A model generated the notes under the pieces. That model had not been told where the DNA came from, made no database searches, and saw only the letters and a list, made by a program, of their open reading frames with translations. 64,000 bases of DNA from an uncultured delta proteobacterium (GTDB lineage: Bacteria; Desulfobacterota; Desulfobacteria; Desulfobacterales; JAHEIW01): contig CAVPNL010000014.1 in assembly GCA_963706575.1 (NCBI GenBank), positions 1 to 64,000 on the forward strand. The letters are read 5' to 3'. Below are positions 47,222-58,921 of this stretch, in pieces. The position numbers and the translations under genes are program-made. Position 1 is the first letter of the stretch, and the number at the start of each line of letters is the position of its first letter.

Positions 47222-47311
47222 TTATTCCGACAGGAGATAAGAGCCGTTGGCGTCATGAACTTCCTCGCCGCTTAATGCCGGATGAAATACGCAGATCAAA
47301 TGAGGCCTGAA
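47222..47311 (-). pseudogene. ectC: 3-prime remnant of an ectoine synthase gene
   Basis: Translates FRPHLICVFHPALSGEEVHDANGSYLLSE*, resembling the EctC C-terminal signature CVFNPxLxGxEVHDxxGxY; no start codon. Confidence 0.7.
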
Positions 47312-48166
47312 CTACTCGGCCGGCACCTCACAAATCGGTCGATAATATTCAGGGCGCCGCTGTTTCATGCGGTCCATTTCATATTTACCCGCCTCAAAAA
47401 TAATACTTCGGTCCCGTGCCCGCTCCAAGTCGATGTCAGCATAAATGATCTCCTCCCGGTCCGGGGATCCTTCGGCAAGGGTGCTCCCGTCACAGTCGAC
47501 AAATAGACTGCGGCCCAAAAACCGAACGCCTCTTTCTTCACCCACGCGGTTAACCGCCAGGTAATAGACATGGTTTTCAACCGCACGCGCGCGGCTGACA
47601 TATTCGCGGCTGCAGGCCGAATCGGGATCATCGGGCCAATTGGTGCACAATACCACCATGTCGGCGCCCTGCAGCGCCAAAACCCGTGCGCACTCGGGAA
47701 AACTGCCGTCGTAGCAGATGATCCAGCCCAGTCTCCCGTATTGCGTTTCACAAACAGTAAAAGGCCGATTGCCGGGCGTCAAAAACCGGTCGCCCCCCAG
47801 ATACGGCAAATGAATCTTGCGGTAGATTCCGGCCACGCCGGCGGAATTGATAAGGGCGACCGAATTATAAAATTCAGACCCGTTCCGATCCTGCTCTATC
47901 AACCCGAAGAGGACCAGGATGTCCAGGTCCTGGCAGATCTTCTGGATTTCAGTCGTTGCCGGTCCGGGAACAGATTCCGCCAATGGCGGAATCTCAGCAC
48001 GATCATCGACGTTGTATCCGGTGAGGGTTAATTCCGGGAATATGACGACCCGGGCGCCTTTTTCGGCCGCCTCGCGACAGCAGTTCAGGGCCTTATGCAG
48101 GTTACCGGCCTTGTCAGCAAGCCCGATGTCAATCTGCGCACCGGCCACCCTTACGATATCTGTCAT
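47312..48166 (-). CDS. Carbon-nitrogen hydrolase (nitrilase family)
   Basis: E-K-C triad: FPEL, YRKIHL, ICYDGSFPE. Confidence 0.93.
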   Translation of the reverse strand: MTDIVRVAGAQIDIGLADKAGNLHKALNCCREAAEKGARVVIFPELTLTGYNVDDRAEIPPLAESVPGPATTEIQKICQDLDILVLFGLIEQDRNGSEFYNSVALINSAGVAGIYRKIHLPYLGGDRFLTPGNRPFTVCETQYGRLGWIICYDGSFPECARVLALQGADMVVLCTNWPDDPDSACSREYVSRARAVENHVYYLAVNRVGEERGVRFLGRSLFVDCDGSTLAEGSPDREEIIYADIDLERARDRSIIFEAGKYEMDRMKQRRPEYYRPICEVPAE

Positions 48167-48246
48167 TTTCTGATGACCTCCTGCTAATACGATTATTCAT
48201 CCACCACTGCTTTCGGTGATATTTTTTTCACAACCGGCAACGAAAC

Positions 48247-48756
48247 TCAAGAAAATTCAATGGGAGGATGGTCCCAAAAGATGTCAAAGGATTTCGTATT
48301 GCCATCCTTATCCGCATAGACAGCCCCTTCCGCAAGTACAAGAATGGCCACTACGACTTTAATTCCACAAATTGTCCCTGCAGTTAAATGGCCGCCAAGC
48401 GTGACGACCGTATCCTTTTCAACCGTAGAAGCCGAAAAATGGGCATGGACTTCCACCCCACCGCCGGTTTTGGGTGCAATCCATCCTCCCAATGACACCA
48501 ATTCCATCGGCGCTGTGACTTCCAGATAGAGCCGCTCTTTTGGAGTCACCGGAAAGCTTTTCGGAAAAACCTTTAGATTGCGAAAAAGCGCCTTTTTAAG
48601 CGCTCCCAGTCCGGAAACAATCACGCCGGCCCTGACGCCTTCTGCTTTTATCGCTTCCTCAATCGCCTTTAGAAGGTCAACATCCGGCCTGACCCGGAAC
48701 TGCACTAAGCGTTCGATATTTTGAGAACCGATGCCTTCAATAAATTTCAACCCCAT
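48247..48756 (-). CDS. PPC/DUF296-domain protein
   Basis: SGLGAL, MELVSLGG, VHAHFS, LGGHL. Confidence 0.85.
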   Translation of the reverse strand: MGLKFIEGIGSQNIERLVQFRVRPDVDLLKAIEEAIKAEGVRAGVIVSGLGALKKALFRNLKVFPKSFPVTPKERLYLEVTAPMELVSLGGWIAPKTGGGVEVHAHFSASTVEKDTVVTLGGHLTAGTICGIKVVVAILVLAEGAVYADKDGNTKSFDIFWDHPPIEFS

Positions 48757-48947
48757 AACCGCTCTCCCCTAATCATTAAATAATTTTATTTGGTTTGCCT
48801 TATGCTTCCTGAATCCAAATCAATAGAGAAATTTAGCACTTTTTACAATAGTCTGATTTGTAACTTAGGTGTTCAACTATGGAATTTGAGGGGACTGCAA
48901 ACTTGTTGGATGTTCAAATGAAAGGTGAAACTTTAAATCATTTATGC

Positions 48948-50204
48948 TTATTTTCCCAAAATACCAGTTAATGCATCTACAAGCCGCATGGTTTCATTCA
49001 TGGTATTATAATGTGCAAAACTCAACCTGAGAACACCGTCATCCGGATCAAGGCCCATTTTTTTTAAGATTCGGTAGGCGTAAAAATGACCATGCTTGGT
49101 TGCGATACCCTTTTTAGCGATCAAGGTGCTCAACCGGGCCGATGTATGATTTTCCGAAATCAGGGCAATATTCGCCTCCCGGCCCTGCATGGTGTTTTTT
49201 CCGAATATTCTCGTCGGTAAATGCGTAAGTCTTTCTAACAATACCTTACATAATGATGTTTCATGGCTGTTCATCAGATTAGAAACCATTGATGCTTTTA
49301 TATTCAAGGGCAAATCAGGTTTTTTAAAATGATGATCATAAAGTACTTCAAAATAGTCCCCGAGCCCGGCAAGGGCCGCAATTGCGGCATGGTCCGGCCC
49401 AGCCGCATCCAACTGCGACCAGGGTCGGTAGGCATTAAAAAAATGACACTGGGGCTGCAGCATTTCTAAAAAACCGGGTGATACATACATGACCCCTTGG
49501 TGAGTTGCATATGTCTTATATGTAGAAAAACAATATGCATCAGCCTTGGTGTCCGATAGATCAGGCCACCGGTGCGGTGCGTAGGAAACTCCGTCAATAA
49601 TAACTTTTGCTCCAAAACTGTGTCCCATATCAATGATCTGATCGATGGGGTTCACTGTTCCGATAATATTAGAGCTGTGTGTAACACAAATAATTTTGGT
49701 ATTAGGGTTAAGCAGTTTTTCCAGGTATGCTAAATCAAGTTCGCCGTCGCTTTCATTGACCTCCCACAAATTCAAGGTTGCTCCGGTGTGCTTTGCAGCC
49801 CTTTCCCATCCACCGATATTTGCCTCATGGTCCTGCTCTGAAATAATGATCTCATCTCCTTTTGAGAGAAATCCTGTGCAGGCATTGCTTAATGTATTCA
49901 AATTCTGGGTAGTTGATGGACCTATGGTGATCGTATCCATAGTGACACCCAATAGATCTGAAATCACTTTTCTACCTCTGTCCATCTGCTCTCCGGCAGC
50001 ATCCGCAAGTGCATTATGGCCATAGGGCTGAACCTTATTATATTTGTAAAAATGCTCAAGTTTATCAACCACAGGCCTGCAAGGAAATGTACCACCTGCA
50101 TTATCAAAAAAAGCCCATTCATTGGATAGGTTTAAATCAAAAAAAGGAAATTGTTTGCGTGCAAAATCAACATCAAAAAGCAACTGATCTGTAAAATTAG
50201 CCAT
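48948..50204 (-). CDS. Class V PLP enzyme (cysteine-desulfurase-like)
   Basis: FFDNAGGT, DHEANI, DGVSYAPH, FSTYK (PLP Lys), LRLSFAHYNT. Confidence 0.9.
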   Translation of the reverse strand: MANFTDQLLFDVDFARKQFPFFDLNLSNEWAFFDNAGGTFPCRPVVDKLEHFYKYNKVQPYGHNALADAAGEQMDRGRKVISDLLGVTMDTITIGPSTTQNLNTLSNACTGFLSKGDEIIISEQDHEANIGGWERAAKHTGATLNLWEVNESDGELDLAYLEKLLNPNTKIICVTHSSNIIGTVNPIDQIIDMGHSFGAKVIIDGVSYAPHRWPDLSDTKADAYCFSTYKTYATHQGVMYVSPGFLEMLQPQCHFFNAYRPWSQLDAAGPDHAAIAALAGLGDYFEVLYDHHFKKPDLPLNIKASMVSNLMNSHETSLCKVLLERLTHLPTRIFGKNTMQGREANIALISENHTSARLSTLIAKKGIATKHGHFYAYRILKKMGLDPDDGVLRLSFAHYNTMNETMRLVDALTGILGK

Positions 50205-50219
50205 AATTTTTAAACCCCT

Positions 50220-51452
50220 TTAGACAAACAGCGTCTTCGTCTCTCGCATCAATTGCCCTATCGGCAATTTGCGGGGGCAAGACCTTTCTGCCTCACCGAA
50301 GTCCAGTCGGGTCAGAAGCTCTTTTGTCCGAGCCGGCAAACTTTCGAAGGTAGATCGTGCCAACCCATGATCCTGGTAGGAATGGAAGTACATGAGGCAG
50401 CGCATGACATCGCCGATAGGCACCCTTTCGGGCAGCACGTCTGAGCAGAGACGCTCGCATCCGGCACAGTAGTCGGCGCTGGTTTCCCTGGCATATCGGG
50501 CCAGTAGGGCATGATCTGACTTTGATAGGCGGGTTTGGTCCACTGCCGCCGCTGCGTTTGTCGCCATAATGGTGAGGTTAGGCATTTGTGAACAGATGCT
50601 GGCGATACGCTCATCCTGCCAGACCGCCATGAGTTTTGCCTGATTGTCCGAAAATCCTTTTTGAATAAATCGGCCCGCCATTTTAATCTCGTCATCACTG
50701 TCGCTTTTGACCGGACCACCGCCCTGGGTCTTCATTGCCGTGAGACCGATACCGGCTCGGTTACAGGCCTGAACAGCATCTTTCATGCGAGGCTCATGCA
50801 TCAGACGATAATTGTAAGTAAACATGATGCCGTCTATCCATGGAAGCTTGGCTGCTCCCTCGAGGCACTCTTCCATGTTGGAATGTGTGCTGAAGCCGAA
50901 TAACTTTATCTTGCCGGCCTTTTTCATGGCTTGTGCCCAAGATTTTAGACTGGAATCCATCTCACTTATGCCACGGATTCCATGGACAAAGAATAGGTCC
51001 ACATAATCCGTGTGCAGCCTTTTGAGACACGCTTCCAGCCGAGGCGTAAAATCGCCACCTCTTCTCTTGGAAAGTTTGGTTACCAGAAAAACTTGCTTGC
51101 GGGTATGGGGGTTGCGGGCGAACCAGCGACCGATGCCCTCTTCGCTGCGGCCCCTGCCGTAACCCTCTGCTGTATCCCAGTAGTTGATCCCCCAATCAAG
51201 CGCCTTTGCGAGCGCCAACCGGTTGTTTAGAATGTCGAACATCCCGCCCAGTGAAAGGGTGGAGACCATTGTGCCCGAACGGCCAAAGGGTCTGCGGGGC
51301 ACTGGTGCCTTGGGAATGGTTATCTGGGCCGAAGTCTGGCTGGGCCGCCAGATAGAGGAACCCCCCACTGTGGCCCCCAGTCCGATAGCTGCAGTTTTTT
51401 TGAAGAAGTCGCGGCGATTGAGTTTTCCATCTTTATCTCCAGTGAATGACAT
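50220..51452 (-). CDS. Tat-exported aldo/keto reductase with C-terminal Cys cluster
   Basis: NRRDFFK Tat motif; WDTAEGY..SEEGIG, LVTK, LHTDYVDLFFVH; CAGCERLC..CP. Confidence 0.9.
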   Translation of the reverse strand: MSFTGDKDGKLNRRDFFKKTAAIGLGATVGGSSIWRPSQTSAQITIPKAPVPRRPFGRSGTMVSTLSLGGMFDILNNRLALAKALDWGINYWDTAEGYGRGRSEEGIGRWFARNPHTRKQVFLVTKLSKRRGGDFTPRLEACLKRLHTDYVDLFFVHGIRGISEMDSSLKSWAQAMKKAGKIKLFGFSTHSNMEECLEGAAKLPWIDGIMFTYNYRLMHEPRMKDAVQACNRAGIGLTAMKTQGGGPVKSDSDDEIKMAGRFIQKGFSDNQAKLMAVWQDERIASICSQMPNLTIMATNAAAAVDQTRLSKSDHALLARYARETSADYCAGCERLCSDVLPERVPIGDVMRCLMYFHSYQDHGLARSTFESLPARTKELLTRLDFGEAERSCPRKLPIGQLMRETKTLFV

Positions 51453-51476
51453 GATGCATCTCTCCTTAGATATAGG

Positions 51477-52115
51477 CTAATTGGTGTCGGCGGCCGAACC
51501 AAGCCAGCGACCCGTGCTAAGGTCGAAAACCGGCTGGAATTTGTATCTGTTCAAGATTACGTCCTCAGGGGACGCTAAGCTGATATTTCCTTTCTCTATA
51601 AAGAAACGACTCTCCGCCTTAATTTTAAGGCCCTGGCTAAGGGCGCGCTCGAGCATACTTTGAGTTTTTCCGTAATAACCTTCAGCCTTGCCCCCATGAT
51701 ATGCGCGCCTGGCAGCGAACCACTCCCCGGCGCTTTCATAGGGCAGAATCACAAAAACCCAATATTCGGTGCGCTCAGGTGAAACAGCCTCCAGGAACAA
51801 TGAATATTCCGGGGTCGTACCGTCTGCCGAGGCCCGCTCGAGGCGTTTCAATTCCAGGTCCTCGATCAACCATGTTGTTTTGCCGCCCATAGCCCGAACG
51901 AAATCCTGCACCGGTCCGAAAACGTAACCTGGATTCCTTTCCCGAGCAATGAAATATCCTTCTAAAAACCAGGCGGGAGGCGCATAGATCAGGAGTCCGT
52001 TCTGTTGTCTAAACGACTGGGTAGAATCTTCGGCATCAGCCGTAAAAGTGATCATCAGGCTGACCAGCATGATTATTGATGCCGCCAGCGACCATTTGTT
52101 CAACCTTTTCAACAT
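51477..52115 (-). CDS. Hypothetical exported protein
   Basis: ATG 52115 after GAGGTGG; signal peptide ending ADA. Confidence 0.72.
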   Translation of the reverse strand: MLKRLNKWSLAASIIMLVSLMITFTADAEDSTQSFRQQNGLLIYAPPAWFLEGYFIARERNPGYVFGPVQDFVRAMGGKTTWLIEDLELKRLERASADGTTPEYSLFLEAVSPERTEYWVFVILPYESAGEWFAARRAYHGGKAEGYYGKTQSMLERALSQGLKIKAESRFFIEKGNISLASPEDVILNRYKFQPVFDLSTGRWLGSAADTN

Positions 52116-52147
52116 AATTCCACCTCTCATTTGCAGATTTTTTTTGA

Positions 52148-55100
52148 TCACTTGCGACTCTCTTTCGGGTCGGGATGAAACAATGAATAAACAACCGGGA
52201 TCAGTACCAGCGTAATCAGCGTCGATCCGGTAAGGCCTCCGACAACCGCGCGTGCCAGCGGGGCCTGGGCGTCGGACCCCTCGCCGATGCCCAGTGCCAG
52301 CGGCATCAGGCCGAGGATGGTGGTCAAGGTCGTCATCAGAATCGGCCGCAATCTGCGACGACCGGCCTCGGTCAGCGCATCGTGCGTGCGCATCCCGTCG
52401 CGAACCAAACGACCGGCCTGGTCCACCAGGAGTATTGCGTTGTTGACCACGATCCCGCCCAGCATAATGCAGCCGATGTAAGATTGCACATTAAGCGTCG
52501 TTGTTGTCAAAAACAACGTCACCAGCACGCCGACCGCTGCCAAAGGGACCGAAAACATGACAACCAGCGGATCCCGAAACGATTCATATTGACAGGCCAG
52601 TACCATATACACGAGGATCAATGCCAGCACCAGAGAGATGACCAATTCCCTGAAGGCTTTTTGCTGTTCTTCGAAATTACCGGCAACCGCCAGATCATAA
52701 CCGACGGGGCGTGGAATTTGATCCAGCAGGACCTGGACGTCTGCGGCCACTGAACCCAGATCGCGCCCCGCGACGTTGGCGCGGACCGCCACCATTCGCT
52801 GCTGGTCTTTGCGATCGATCAGAATCGGACCCCGGCTCCGCTCATATGCGACGACATTGCGCAGCGCCACTTTTTCACCGGATGCGGTTGTCAGCGTAAG
52901 GTTGAGAATTTCGTTTAAGGAGCGTTTCTCGGCATCCTTGAGCTGAACCAGAATGCGATAGGAATTTCCCCCCGCACGGTATTCGCCGGCTTTGGAACCG
53001 GCCACCGCGGTTTGCAAAAGCTGGGTAACGTCGCGAACGCTCAAACCGAGATCGGCGACCTTGGCGCGGTTCACGCGAATTTCCTGCTGGGGTATGCCGG
53101 CTTCGAGACTGGTCTGAACGTCGGTGATGCCTGCTACATCCACAATCGATTTTGCAACACTCGCGGCCAGAGCATCAAGCGTGGCAAGCTCGTAGCCGCG
53201 GATCTCGACGCTCAGCCCCTCGTCACCGCCCAGGATCCGTTCCAGTAAAAACTGACCCTGCGGTGCCCGGACCCGGATCTCCATACCCGGGACACTGCCG
53301 CCCAATCGAAGACGCAGGTCTCTGGCAATTTCCACATTGGAGCGTTCGCGTTGGGCGGCCGGCAGCAGAGACATGCGTATTTCACCCTCCGAGCCCGCGT
53401 CAGCCCGCCAACCGGAGGCACCCACACTGACCACCGACGCCACTGTTTCGGGCACGGCCGGCTCGACGATTTGCTCCATTATGCGTGTCTGCCGATCGAC
53501 CAGCTCGAGCCGGGTGCCGATTTCCATTTTACCGGCTACGCGAACCTCGCCCTCATCGCTGGGAGGCAGAAATTCACTGCCGATCAGGGGCAAGAGCAGC
53601 AGGCTTGCGCCGAGCACGGCAGCAGCCGCAAAGACGGTGACCAGACGATGCCTCAAGACCCAACGCAACAAATCCAGGTAAGCGTTTTCGAGACCCGCAA
53701 AGACGGTCTTGGCCGCGGCGGACCAGCGCTTCGTTTGAGCCGACGGCGTCTTGAGGGGCTGCCGGCTTGATGTCAAGAGTTTGGACGCCAGCATGGGCAC
53801 CAGGCTCAGCGCCAGCGTCAATGAACAGATCAGCGCAAAAATGATCACATACGCCAGTTCCTTGAAGAGGATGCCCGAGACGCCGCGCACAAAAATCAAC
53901 GGCAGAAAAATGACCAGCGTTGTTATGGTGCTGGCGATGATTGCCGGCCCGACTTCCCGGGCCCCTTCCACCGATGCTTTCTCGGGCGCTTCGCCATTCT
54001 CGCTGTGGCGGCGGAAGATGTTTTCGAGCACGACGATGGAACTGTCGACCATCATGCCCACCCCCAGGGCCAACCCGCCCAGGGTCATCAGATTGAGCGT
54101 GAATCCCCCGAAAAATATTAACGCAAATGTGGTCACGATTGAGATCGGGATCGACACAGAAATCACCAGCGTGCTTGGGATGCTGCGCAGGAAAAACAGC
54201 AAAACCACGATCGCCAGCGCGCCCCCGTAAAGAACCGAGCGGGCGACGTTGGCGATTGAGCGCTCGATAAAGTTCCCCTGGTTGATGACCGGAACAATTT
54301 TGATCTGAGGAAAATCCTTATTGACCGCTTTAATCTCAGCCAGGACGCGCCTGGACACCTCGACTGTATTGGCATTGGCCTGTTTGCGAATTGCCACGCG
54401 CAGCCCGCGCCCACCGTTGACGCGTACGATGCGCGTCAGCTTCTCATAGGTGTCTTTGACGTCAGCGACCTGGCCCAGCGTTATGGCGGCACCGTCGCGC
54501 CGCACGATTACCGTGTTGCGAATCTGATCGAGGCTGATAAACTCGGCCGGCGCTCGGAGCATGACCTCATAGCGTCCCTGCTCGATTTTGCCTGCCGGAA
54601 GATCGAGATTGGCGTCTTGGATGGCCTCGATCACCCGATCCAACGGCAGCCCAATGGCCTTGATTCGGTCCGGATCCAGTTCGATCCGAACCTCGCGGTT
54701 GAAGCCGCCCCAAGCGTCAACCTGTGCGACACCCGGAATGCGGGCAAAGCGGTAACGGATCTGGACTTCAATCAGTTCCGTAAGTTCCACGGGATCGAGA
54801 GTGCTGGAAATTCCCAAAAGTACGACCGGAAAACTGGCGATGTCGAATTTGCGGATGCGGGGCCGGACGATATCATCCGGCAGCTCGTTGATCTCGTCTT
54901 CCAGTTTGCCCTGAACGTCAATTGCCGCAGTGTCGATTTCCGTCCCCCACACGAAACTGACACGAACCGTGCTTCGGCCCTCTGAGGATGTCGATGTGAT
55001 TTCCTCTACGCCCGGCACAGTGGCAACAATCTCTTCAATAATCTGAGTCACCAGTCGCTCCATAACTTCAGGGCTGGCACCTTCATAATTGGTTCTGATG

Positions 55101-55237
55101 GTGAGCGTCGGCAGTTCGATGTTGGGCAGCATGTCAATCTGCAGCCTGCTCAGAGAGACGGCCCCGAGGATGACCAGGATCAGGGTCACCATAGTCGTGA
55201 AAATCGGGCGCTTGACACTAAAGCTCGGCAGATTCAT
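52148..55237 (-). CDS. RND efflux permease (AcrB/AcrD/AcrF family)
   Basis: 1029 aa; [35 protein letters not shown]. Confidence 0.96.
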   Translation of the reverse strand: MNLPSFSVKRPIFTTMVTLILVILGAVSLSRLQIDMLPNIELPTLTIRTNYEGASPEVMERLVTQIIEEIVATVPGVEEITSTSSEGRSTVRVSFVWGTEIDTAAIDVQGKLEDEINELPDDIVRPRIRKFDIASFPVVLLGISSTLDPVELTELIEVQIRYRFARIPGVAQVDAWGGFNREVRIELDPDRIKAIGLPLDRVIEAIQDANLDLPAGKIEQGRYEVMLRAPAEFISLDQIRNTVIVRRDGAAITLGQVADVKDTYEKLTRIVRVNGGRGLRVAIRKQANANTVEVSRRVLAEIKAVNKDFPQIKIVPVINQGNFIERSIANVARSVLYGGALAIVVLLFFLRSIPSTLVISVSIPISIVTTFALIFFGGFTLNLMTLGGLALGVGMMVDSSIVVLENIFRRHSENGEAPEKASVEGAREVGPAIIASTITTLVIFLPLIFVRGVSGILFKELAYVIIFALICSLTLALSLVPMLASKLLTSSRQPLKTPSAQTKRWSAAAKTVFAGLENAYLDLLRWVLRHRLVTVFAAAAVLGASLLLLPLIGSEFLPPSDEGEVRVAGKMEIGTRLELVDRQTRIMEQIVEPAVPETVASVVSVGASGWRADAGSEGEIRMSLLPAAQRERSNVEIARDLRLRLGGSVPGMEIRVRAPQGQFLLERILGGDEGLSVEIRGYELATLDALAASVAKSIVDVAGITDVQTSLEAGIPQQEIRVNRAKVADLGLSVRDVTQLLQTAVAGSKAGEYRAGGNSYRILVQLKDAEKRSLNEILNLTLTTASGEKVALRNVVAYERSRGPILIDRKDQQRMVAVRANVAGRDLGSVAADVQVLLDQIPRPVGYDLAVAGNFEEQQKAFRELVISLVLALILVYMVLACQYESFRDPLVVMFSVPLAAVGVLVTLFLTTTTLNVQSYIGCIMLGGIVVNNAILLVDQAGRLVRDGMRTHDALTEAGRRRLRPILMTTLTTILGLMPLALGIGEGSDAQAPLARAVVGGLTGSTLITLVLIPVVYSLFHPDPKESRK

Positions 55238-56451
55238 TGGGATTGAACCTTTTCGTGGTCGACAGTCGTTTTGGTTTGCTCGTCAGGAATATTGATTGCG
55301 GAGCCGTCGTCTACCAGTTGCTGCCCCAGGGTGACGACCCGACCGGACAACAGCCCATCGCTTTCCACCTGCACCCGGTCGCCTGCACGGATGCCCACTT
55401 TTACTTCGCGCCAGGCTACCGATCGCCCATCTTCACTGACAATGAAAACACCGTTACGGTCATCGCGTATGGTCAAGGCTTGCTCCGGAACGATGGTGGC
55501 CTGCGGCACCCGGGCCAATGCCACCGTGGCCCGGATGAACATGCCGGGTTTGAGTCGATGCTGGGGATTGTCGATGGTCATTTCGATCCGCGCCTGCCGG
55601 GTACTCTTGCGGAAGACGGGAGCAATGCGATCGATGCGACCCTTATATTGTTCGCCTGGATAGGCGTCCGTTGTTAACGAAACGAGCTGACCGGGTTTTA
55701 GGTATGCGTAGTCCCTCTCGGTGACGAAAACCACCCCGACGATGGGATGAAGTTCAACAATCAAGAGCAGCGGCGCATTGGCGGCGACGGTCTGGCCTTC
55801 GTCCACATAGCGCTCTGCAACGAGGCGTTGCTCGTTGCCGCCGGTCCAGCCCGCTGTTACCTTGGTGTAGCCGAGCCGGATATTTGCGGTTTCCAGCGAT
55901 GATTCGGCCTTTGTTACCTCGGCCGCAGAAACTTTAAGTTGCGCCTGCTTTGCCAGTTGCTCCTGCCTGGCAGCGTCGAATTCAGAATCAGATGCAATCC
56001 CGCGCTTTAAAAGTGACTCGGTGCGTTTAAATTCGCGATTTGCAATTTCCAGGGCGCTTTTGGCTTCGGACAGCTTGGCTCGGGCCACTTCCAGATCGGC
56101 CCGGGCCTGGGCTACCGCCTGGACGTATTCATCATTATCCAGCTCGGCAACCACCTGACCGCGCTCTACCGTGTCGGGGATATTCACCAATACACGCTCC
56201 ACGCGGCCACTGACTTTGGGCGCAACAACAAACTCTGCCAGAGCTTCCAACTCCCCGCTAAATGTTCGCTGCAACTCGATCGGCCCGCGCTGAATCTGAG
56301 CCACTTCCACCGGCACCGCTCGCGAAACCTGACCGCTTTTGCGCGAGCCGCCCCGGTCCTGATATTGACCCAAAATTACCCAGACTAAGCCTACCGCTAA
56401 GCCAATCAGAACAATTGTCAGGACAAACGTTTTGGTGCTGCCCGATTTCAT
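55234..56451 (-). CDS. RND periplasmic adaptor (MFP)
   Basis: N-terminal [10 protein letters not shown], coiled-coil hairpin, LKPGMF, VPEQAL. Confidence 0.94.
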   Translation of the reverse strand: MKSGSTKTFVLTIVLIGLAVGLVWVILGQYQDRGGSRKSGQVSRAVPVEVAQIQRGPIELQRTFSGELEALAEFVVAPKVSGRVERVLVNIPDTVERGQVVAELDNDEYVQAVAQARADLEVARAKLSEAKSALEIANREFKRTESLLKRGIASDSEFDAARQEQLAKQAQLKVSAAEVTKAESSLETANIRLGYTKVTAGWTGGNEQRLVAERYVDEGQTVAANAPLLLIVELHPIVGVVFVTERDYAYLKPGQLVSLTTDAYPGEQYKGRIDRIAPVFRKSTRQARIEMTIDNPQHRLKPGMFIRATVALARVPQATIVPEQALTIRDDRNGVFIVSEDGRSVAWREVKVGIRAGDRVQVESDGLLSGRVVTLGQQLVDDGSAINIPDEQTKTTVDHEKVQSQ

Positions 56452-56771
56452 GCTTAACTCGCCTTTCGATTGTTATAAAATAGGGGTTTTGCCTTAAATA
56501 TGCGTTGCTTGACTTGGTGGAGGCAACATTGCACCTTTATGGTTGATATTGCAACGGAAAAAATGAATATTCAATGCGTTTAAGCGGCTTTCTGTCAAAG
56601 CAGTTTTTCGCCCTCAAGCATTTGGAAAGACGTGTCTAATGTTAAGAGCAGTTTTCAGTTGTCAGCGTGAGGTAAAAAACTATATAGTCTAGCAAATGCG
56701 GTTTAAAAACACCTAACAATCGAACCCAACCGACCGCCATCGGGCGAGATTGGGCTGCGAGAGGAACTGAT

Positions 56772-58406
56772 ATGATGTTTGCAGGATGTTATTTTCGTCT
56801 GCTGGAGTTCCTTGCCATATGCGGTTTGTTGCTGGTGTCGGCATCCTGTACGCTGGTCGAGCAACGGATTGACCGCACGGCCGGAGGGCCGAATGTACCT
56901 GCCGATACAGCGGTGCACATGGGCTTGGAGTCCACTGAGCAACCCGAAGAGACTGCCGTGCGAACGGTGCCGCCGGGGCCATTGAAAGTTACCATCACCG
57001 AAGCCATTTTGCTTTGCCTTGAGAACAACCGCTCGCTTGTGGTGCAACGATTAAATCCCTCGATCCAGCAAACCGCTGAGGACCTGGAAAGAGCTGTTTT
57101 TGATCCGGCAACAAACGCGGAAGCCTTCGCCGGCACGCTGAAAGGAGAACGCCTCGCCAGATCCGGATCTGAAACCGAGGATTTTGACACCAATGTTGTC
57201 GACGGCGTCATTTCTCTGGAGCAGTATTTTCCGACCGGCACAACGGTTTCCCTGGAAGCCAGCAGCCAAATGGATGATTCTTCTCTTTACGATTCCAATT
57301 TTTATTCGACCCGTTTGGGCATAACGATTACCCAGGCCCTGCTGCGAGGTTACGGAACGGATGTGAATCTGGCCCAACTGCGGCAGGCGCGCCTGGATAC
57401 GCGCATGTCGGAATTCGAATTGCGGGGCTTTACCGAATTTCTGGTAGCGGAGGTAGAACGTACCTACTGGGACTATGCCCTGGCGCGGCGTCAGATCGAA
57501 ATCGTTGAGGAGTCACTAAAAGTCGCCCGTCAGCAACTCAATGAAACCAAACAATTGATCGCCGTCGGCCGCTTGGCCAAGGCAGAATTGGCGGCCGTCC
57601 AGGCCGAGGTTGCGGCACAGGAGCAGGCACTCATAGAAGCCCGGGCCAACAAGGAATCGATTCGCCTGCAACTGCTGCGGTTGCTCAATCCTGCGGGGCC
57701 TGGAATCTGGCAGCGGGAAGTTGATTTAATCTATCAGTCGACCTTGCCCGAAATCAAACTGGAAGACGTTGAACTGCATGTAGCCGTATCGATGCGCATG
57801 CGCCCGGTTTTAAACGAAGCCCGGCTGGAAATATTACGCGACGATCTGGAGCTTGTCAAAACCCAAAACGGCTTGCTGCCTTTAATGGATCTTTTCATCA
57901 CGCTTGGCAAAAGCGGTTATGCAGATTCCTTTGGCGAATCTATCAATAATATTAAAGAAGACAAGTATGACGCCCTGGGGGGCGTCCGATTTAATTATCC
58001 AATTTTTAATCGGGATGCAAAAGCCCTTCACCGGCGAGCGAAACTGACTCAGGAACAGGCGCAAAAAGCGCTGGAGAATCTTTCACAGCTTGTGGAAGTC
58101 GACGTCCGCATCGCCTACATCGAGGTCAACCGTACCAAGCAGCAGATTGCCGCCTCATCGGCCACCCGCATGTTCGATGAGGAAAAACTCCGGACTGAAA
58201 CCGAAAAACTGCGCGTGGGAAAATCAACCAGCTTTCTTGTGGCTCAAGCCCAGCGGGATCTTTTGGTAAGCCGCATCGCTGAGGTGCGGGCCCTTGCCAA
58301 CTACCTCAAGGCATTAATCGATCTTTACCGGCAGGACGGATCGCTGCTCGAGCGCCGTAGAATTTCTGCCCCCGGACGGGAACCGGTCAAACTTTCAAAA
58401 AAATAA
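56772..58406 (+). CDS. TolC-family outer-membrane protein
   Basis: Lipoprotein-like leader; ITQALLRGYG, VERTYWD, KLRVGKSTSFLVAQAQRDL. Confidence 0.9.
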   Translation: MMFAGCYFRLLEFLAICGLLLVSASCTLVEQRIDRTAGGPNVPADTAVHMGLESTEQPEETAVRTVPPGPLKVTITEAILLCLENNRSLVVQRLNPSIQQTAEDLERAVFDPATNAEAFAGTLKGERLARSGSETEDFDTNVVDGVISLEQYFPTGTTVSLEASSQMDDSSLYDSNFYSTRLGITITQALLRGYGTDVNLAQLRQARLDTRMSEFELRGFTEFLVAEVERTYWDYALARRQIEIVEESLKVARQQLNETKQLIAVGRLAKAELAAVQAEVAAQEQALIEARANKESIRLQLLRLLNPAGPGIWQREVDLIYQSTLPEIKLEDVELHVAVSMRMRPVLNEARLEILRDDLELVKTQNGLLPLMDLFITLGKSGYADSFGESINNIKEDKYDALGGVRFNYPIFNRDAKALHRRAKLTQEQAQKALENLSQLVEVDVRIAYIEVNRTKQQIAASSATRMFDEEKLRTETEKLRVGKSTSFLVAQAQRDLLVSRIAEVRALANYLKALIDLYRQDGSLLERRRISAPGREPVKLSKK

Positions 58407-58415
58407 AAATTTGTC

Positions 58416-58585
58416 TAGAAGTGGTTTCAAAACCTCAGATCAGGTTTCCCGCTTGAACGCGGGATTACACGCCTTGATTTTAATAAATTAATGTGTGCAT
58501 CAAGTCCAGCGGGATTACTTCAAAGCCATGGAGGTGGAGTGACCTTTAGATTAGAGAATGATCAGTGAGGTTTTTGAAGGCTGTC
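58416..58585 (+). mobile_element. Degenerate MITE-like element with nested insert
   Basis: TAGAAGTGGTTTCAAAACCTCAGATCAGGTT plus insert 58447-58499, closely matching 14381-14466; right end decayed (gatcagtgaggtttttgaa). Confidence 0.75.
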
Positions 58586-58588
58586 GGG

Positions 58589-58921
58589 CTAAGGATCCTT
58601 TTTTTCGGTCTTTTCAAGAATTCGATTGAGCGTGGCGTTAATCGCCAGAAGGGCGTGTTTAATATCATTTAATTGATGCATGAGGGACTCCTGGCTGCCG
58701 GGGTTGGTGGTGGCGGTGGTTGAGGTGCGGGTTCCGATTTTGCGGGAAATATCGTCCAATCGGATGCCCAGGGTAACAATAAAATAGAGCAGAAGAACAA
58801 AGGCAAAGTTTTCCTCGCGCCAGTACAGCACCCGCCAGCCCACAACTAGAATGACCAAAAAAACAGCACTGGTCAAAAAATAGGGATGATCGACGACCCA
58901 TTTTTTTATTTTATCTATCAT
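58589..58921 (-). CDS. Small two-TM hypothetical protein
   Basis: Abuts the pfkB-like gene; two TM segments and a coiled tail. Confidence 0.75.
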   Translation of the reverse strand: MIDKIKKWVVDHPYFLTSAVFLVILVVGWRVLYWREENFAFVLLLYFIVTLGIRLDDISRKIGTRTSTTATTNPGSQESLMHQLNDIKHALLAINATLNRILEKTEKKDP

